A stretch of DNA of 18,318 bases. Origin: Candidatus Heimdallarchaeota archaeon (lineage in GTDB: Archaea; Asgardarchaeota; Heimdallarchaeia; Hodarchaeales; Hodarchaeaceae). The notes beneath the pieces are model-generated. The model was not told the DNA's origin, made no database searches, and saw only the letters and a program-made list of their open reading frames with translations. The stretch is from contig JBHLSH010000076.1 of NCBI GenBank assembly GCA_048881705.1, forward strand, positions 1-18,318, read 5' to 3'. This document shows, one piece after another, positions 15,856 to 18,318 of the stretch; the stretch's first letter is position 1, and each line of letters begins with the position of its first letter. Position numbers and translations under genes: made by a program.

Positions 15856-15961
15856 GGGCCGATAGCTCAGCTTGGTAGCAGCGCCTGCTTGGCAAATTTG
15901 AAATCGATAAGGTTTCAATCTAAATTGCAGGAGGTCGTGGGTTCAAATCCCACTCGGTCCA
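15856..15961 (+). tRNA. tRNA-Ala(GGC) with a 31-nt intron at canonical 37/38 (15895-15925); CCA not encoded
   Basis: Acceptor GGGCCGA/TCGGTCC-A with G3:U70 and A73 (Ala identity); anticodon stem CCTGC/GCAGG, anticodon GGC at 15891-15893; T-arm GTGGG-TTCAAAT-CCCAC; BHB central helix TTGG/CTAA. Confidence 0.93.
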
Positions 15962-15972
15962 TTTCCTTTTCC
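15962..15972 (+). terminator. Pyrimidine/T-rich tract directly after the tRNA
   Basis: TTTCCTTTTCC immediately 3' of the discriminator base. Confidence 0.45.
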
Positions 15973-16100
15973 TCGGAAAAGACCTGAATGAGTGCTCAAA
16001 TATCTTAACTAAGGCATGTAGGTACTATTTTTATTCCTCATCTGAAGTCTTTAAAAAAGCACTTCTACCCCAGTTATCCCAAAGACAGACGGCGGAAGAC

Positions 16101-16871
16101 ATGGCAAACACATACTGTACCAATTGTGGGAAAGTTATTAGCGAAACAGCTCGGTTTTGTCGGTTTTGTGGGACACCCGTAAGGTCGAGATCGATCCGCT
16201 CACGTGCAGAACCGGGAAGATCAGCACCTCAACCTCAACAGGTCACCCCGAAGATGCCAACGGCCGCTCCTCCTGTGGCAGTAGAAAAAATCCCCGATAA
16301 GATCGTCGAGAACCTATATGCAAGGCGAAGAAACGATCAAATAAAGAAGGAACTAAAGAAAATGCTGGAGGAGGTCTCCGAACTTTCGAAGAAAGTAGAA
16401 ATTGGCCTAATTGATGCCGAAGATTCCAACCAGCAAGTCAACCAGCTTCAAAGCAGAATTTCTGCCCTTCAAACAGAGAAGACCGAATTGAAGCTCCAAC
16501 CGTTCGAATTGGAAGCATTAACTGAGAGTGAGAAAAAGTGGCAAGAGCGGCTCGAAAAGCTCGAAGAGAAAAATCGTGCTCAGGCTTTGTCCACGGAAGT
16601 GTATGCATCGTTACGGGACGAGTACGCAATGGAATTATCCTCCATTCAACAAAAAACTGCCACTGAGACCAGAAAGGCGAAACGTTGGTTGGTTGACTTA
16701 CAAAAAGAGGTAAGGGTTTTAGATACGCAAATTGAGCAAGCAAAGGTTCGGGGAGAAATTGAAGAAGCTGGAGAATCCGGGACAAAATCCCAAATCGAAA
16801 AATTGAAGACAGAACGCAAAAAGAAAGCAGTAGCTGCCGAAGTATTAACTGAGATTCTAAGTAACCGCTAG
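16101..16871 (+). CDS. Zinc-ribbon protein with Pro-rich linker and CdvA-like coiled-coil region
   Basis: CTNC-x10-CRFC zinc ribbon. The helical region LEKLEEKNRAQALSTEVYASLRDEY...IEQAKVRGEI resembles the CdvA-like coiled-coil pattern; the CdvA call is inference. Confidence 0.7.
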   Translation: MANTYCTNCGKVISETARFCRFCGTPVRSRSIRSRAEPGRSAPQPQQVTPKMPTAAPPVAVEKIPDKIVENLYARRRNDQIKKELKKMLEEVSELSKKVEIGLIDAEDSNQQVNQLQSRISALQTEKTELKLQPFELEALTESEKKWQERLEKLEEKNRAQALSTEVYASLRDEYAMELSSIQQKTATETRKAKRWLVDLQKEVRVLDTQIEQAKVRGEIEEAGESGTKSQIEKLKTERKKKAVAAEVLTEILSNR

Positions 16872-18130
16872 TCCAAAATCTTTAAGACCTCTTCTTCCAC
16901 CCCTGTCAACTCCTGGGAGAGAATGCCCGTATATTCGGTCATGTCTGAAATCTCTTGTCGTAATCGTTCCAATTTCATGGTCTGTTCATCATAATCATTA
17001 AGCTGATCCATCACAGATAGATACTGCGGATCTTTTTGTAATTGATTTTCAATTTCATCCAGTTGGGTCTCGATTTCACGCAATCGGGCAAAATCCTGAA
17101 GGATATCTTTTCTAGTTATGAATGTCCGAAGTTCTTCTGTTTTATTGAATTCAAACCAATCCTTGTTATGGAGCAAGTCAATGCCATTATTCTCAATAAT
17201 ATGTACGATTTCCCTCCACAATTCTTCGTCTAATCCATTGAACTTGCTTGGTTCGAGTATCATTCCCATGAAAGCATCCTTGTTTTCCACGATACGTTGC
17301 TCTCTACGTTCGACCCATTTCACATAACGCTCAAGACTGTTAGTTACTATCTTTAGGAATAATGAAAGCAGAGGCGAAGCCAAAAGACGTTCTTTTTCCT
17401 CTAGGACATTAAACACCCCTCTTTCTTGACGAAATTCCTCCAATTTACGTCTTAGCTCAGGTAGCCGAGGTTCAACTTCCGTGATCTGGTTTTCGAGCTG
17501 CTTGGCTTCTTCATGATTGGTCTCCAGTTTCTCTGAAACCTGTTTTTTTTCTTGATTTTTGTCTTTTAAGCGGCTTATCAGGCGATTAACAGTCTTAAAG
17601 AATTTTTTTCCTGTTGAATCGTCCACGACAAAGAGATCCAGTTTAATTAGAACATCCTCAAGTATAAGCTGATACCTTTCTTCTTTTAACAAATTCTGAT
17701 ATGCTTTTTGGGCGTCTTTAACTATTTTTTCATCCTTTTGTGTCTTTACGGGAGGTTCTGGACTCCGTTTAAGTGCAGATTCTACTTTTTTGAGATCAAA
17801 CTCTGTTATCCCCAGCTCTTTACGGCGACCCCGTCGAGAATAAGACTTTAGCTGCGAGACGGTTAAGTACTCCTCTACATTCTGAAAGATATTTCGAAGC
17901 GCTACTCCATACCGAAATATAGTGGCTGTAGAATCAGGAATAATCTCTTCTAGTTCCTGGGCTTTCGCCACAATATTTTCGGACTGCTCGATCAGAGTAA
18001 CCGTACTGTCCGCAAGACGAAATCCTTTCCGTCCCACGTTGATACTAATCAGATCCCTGGGGAGGTACTTGGCACAGAGTGTTATAATACGCTGCCGAGA
18101 ATACTCTTTTGGATCGAATCGTGTGGCCAT
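16868..18130 (-). CDS. Hypothetical protein with two long coiled coils flanking a central helical insert
   Basis: 420-aa ORF; heptad E/K/L/Q-rich segments at aa ~185-250 and ~345-420; SD AGGAGA 7 nt upstream; no Walker motifs. Confidence 0.8.
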   Translation of the reverse strand: MATRFDPKEYSRQRIITLCAKYLPRDLISINVGRKGFRLADSTVTLIEQSENIVAKAQELEEIIPDSTATIFRYGVALRNIFQNVEEYLTVSQLKSYSRRGRRKELGITEFDLKKVESALKRSPEPPVKTQKDEKIVKDAQKAYQNLLKEERYQLILEDVLIKLDLFVVDDSTGKKFFKTVNRLISRLKDKNQEKKQVSEKLETNHEEAKQLENQITEVEPRLPELRRKLEEFRQERGVFNVLEEKERLLASPLLSLFLKIVTNSLERYVKWVERREQRIVENKDAFMGMILEPSKFNGLDEELWREIVHIIENNGIDLLHNKDWFEFNKTEELRTFITRKDILQDFARLREIETQLDEIENQLQKDPQYLSVMDQLNDYDEQTMKLERLRQEISDMTEYTGILSQELTGVEEEVLKILD

Positions 18131-18165
18131 GCGCCGAGTCTCCTAGATTTTATCTTGATAGGAAC

Positions 18166-18318
18166 TCAGCTGGATAGGGATGCCTCAGTCTCTTCGTTTA
18201 TATCAAAAATGTCCCAATCTGACATTTTTAGATTTAAGATCATATCCTCCCCATCTGGACATTCTATCCTCAGGACAAGCTGCTTTTTAGATTTTGTTAC
18301 AACCTCAGGATGTAGACA
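18166..18318 (-). CDS. 3' end of a CDS entering from beyond the window (..CLHPEVVTKSKKQLVLRIECPDGEDMILNLKMSDWDIFDINEETEASLSS*)
   Basis: The only minus-strand frame open from the edge; TGA at 18166-18168, 35 nt before the next start. Not in the ORF track. Confidence 0.6.
   Translation of the reverse strand, partial: CLHPEVVTKSKKQLVLRIECPDGEDMILNLKMSDWDIFDINEETEASLSS

Noticed and set aside
15683-15895. 70-aa minus-strand ORF
   Set aside because: Its 5' part is antisense to the tRNA; the remaining 45 codons from 15820 have no recognisable feature.
16868-18130. SMC/Rad50/SbcC annotation for the 420-aa coiled-coil protein
   Set aside because: It has no Walker A/B, ABC signature or CxxC hook and is far too short.
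15940-18318. Possible integrated element downstream of the tRNA
   Set aside because: No integrase, no duplicated tRNA 3' end within the window and no obvious compositional shift.
1-18318. CRISPR arrays, transposases, rRNA, selenocysteine or pyrrolysine readthrough
   Set aside because: No regularly spaced repeats, transposase motifs, rRNA-like sequence or interrupted reading frames were seen by eye.

Overview
Archaeal chromosomal window with no mobile element, rRNA or CRISPR array. It is most likely from an Asgard archaeon; this is inferred from the gelsolin-like, Rab-like, MglA-like and longin-like proteins, together with an intron-containing tRNA, an archaeal pilin signal, AglH and Elp3. 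The left end (1-4960) is a co-oriented cluster of eukaryotic-signature genes: a gelsolin-domain protein with a long Pro-rich linker, a Rab-like GTPase, an MglA-like GTPase with Thr at the Ras-G12-equivalent position, TsaC, and a 626-aa protein with a longin-like N-terminus and a possibly DENN-like core. This is the best candidate for an undescribed system: a small-GTPase switch module linked to an actin regulator. The middle holds a pilin-like gene, a Dph6-family ATPase, sugar activation and N-glycosylation genes (hexapeptide acyltransferase, MazG, sugar-1-P nucleotidyltransferase, AglH), Elp3 and a four-subunit 2-oxoacid:ferredoxin oxidoreductase operon. The right end has tRNA-Ala(GGC) with a 31-nt intron, a zinc-ribbon plus CdvA-like coiled-coil gene and a convergent 420-aa coiled-coil gene. 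All family calls come from motif recognition by eye; no database search was run.
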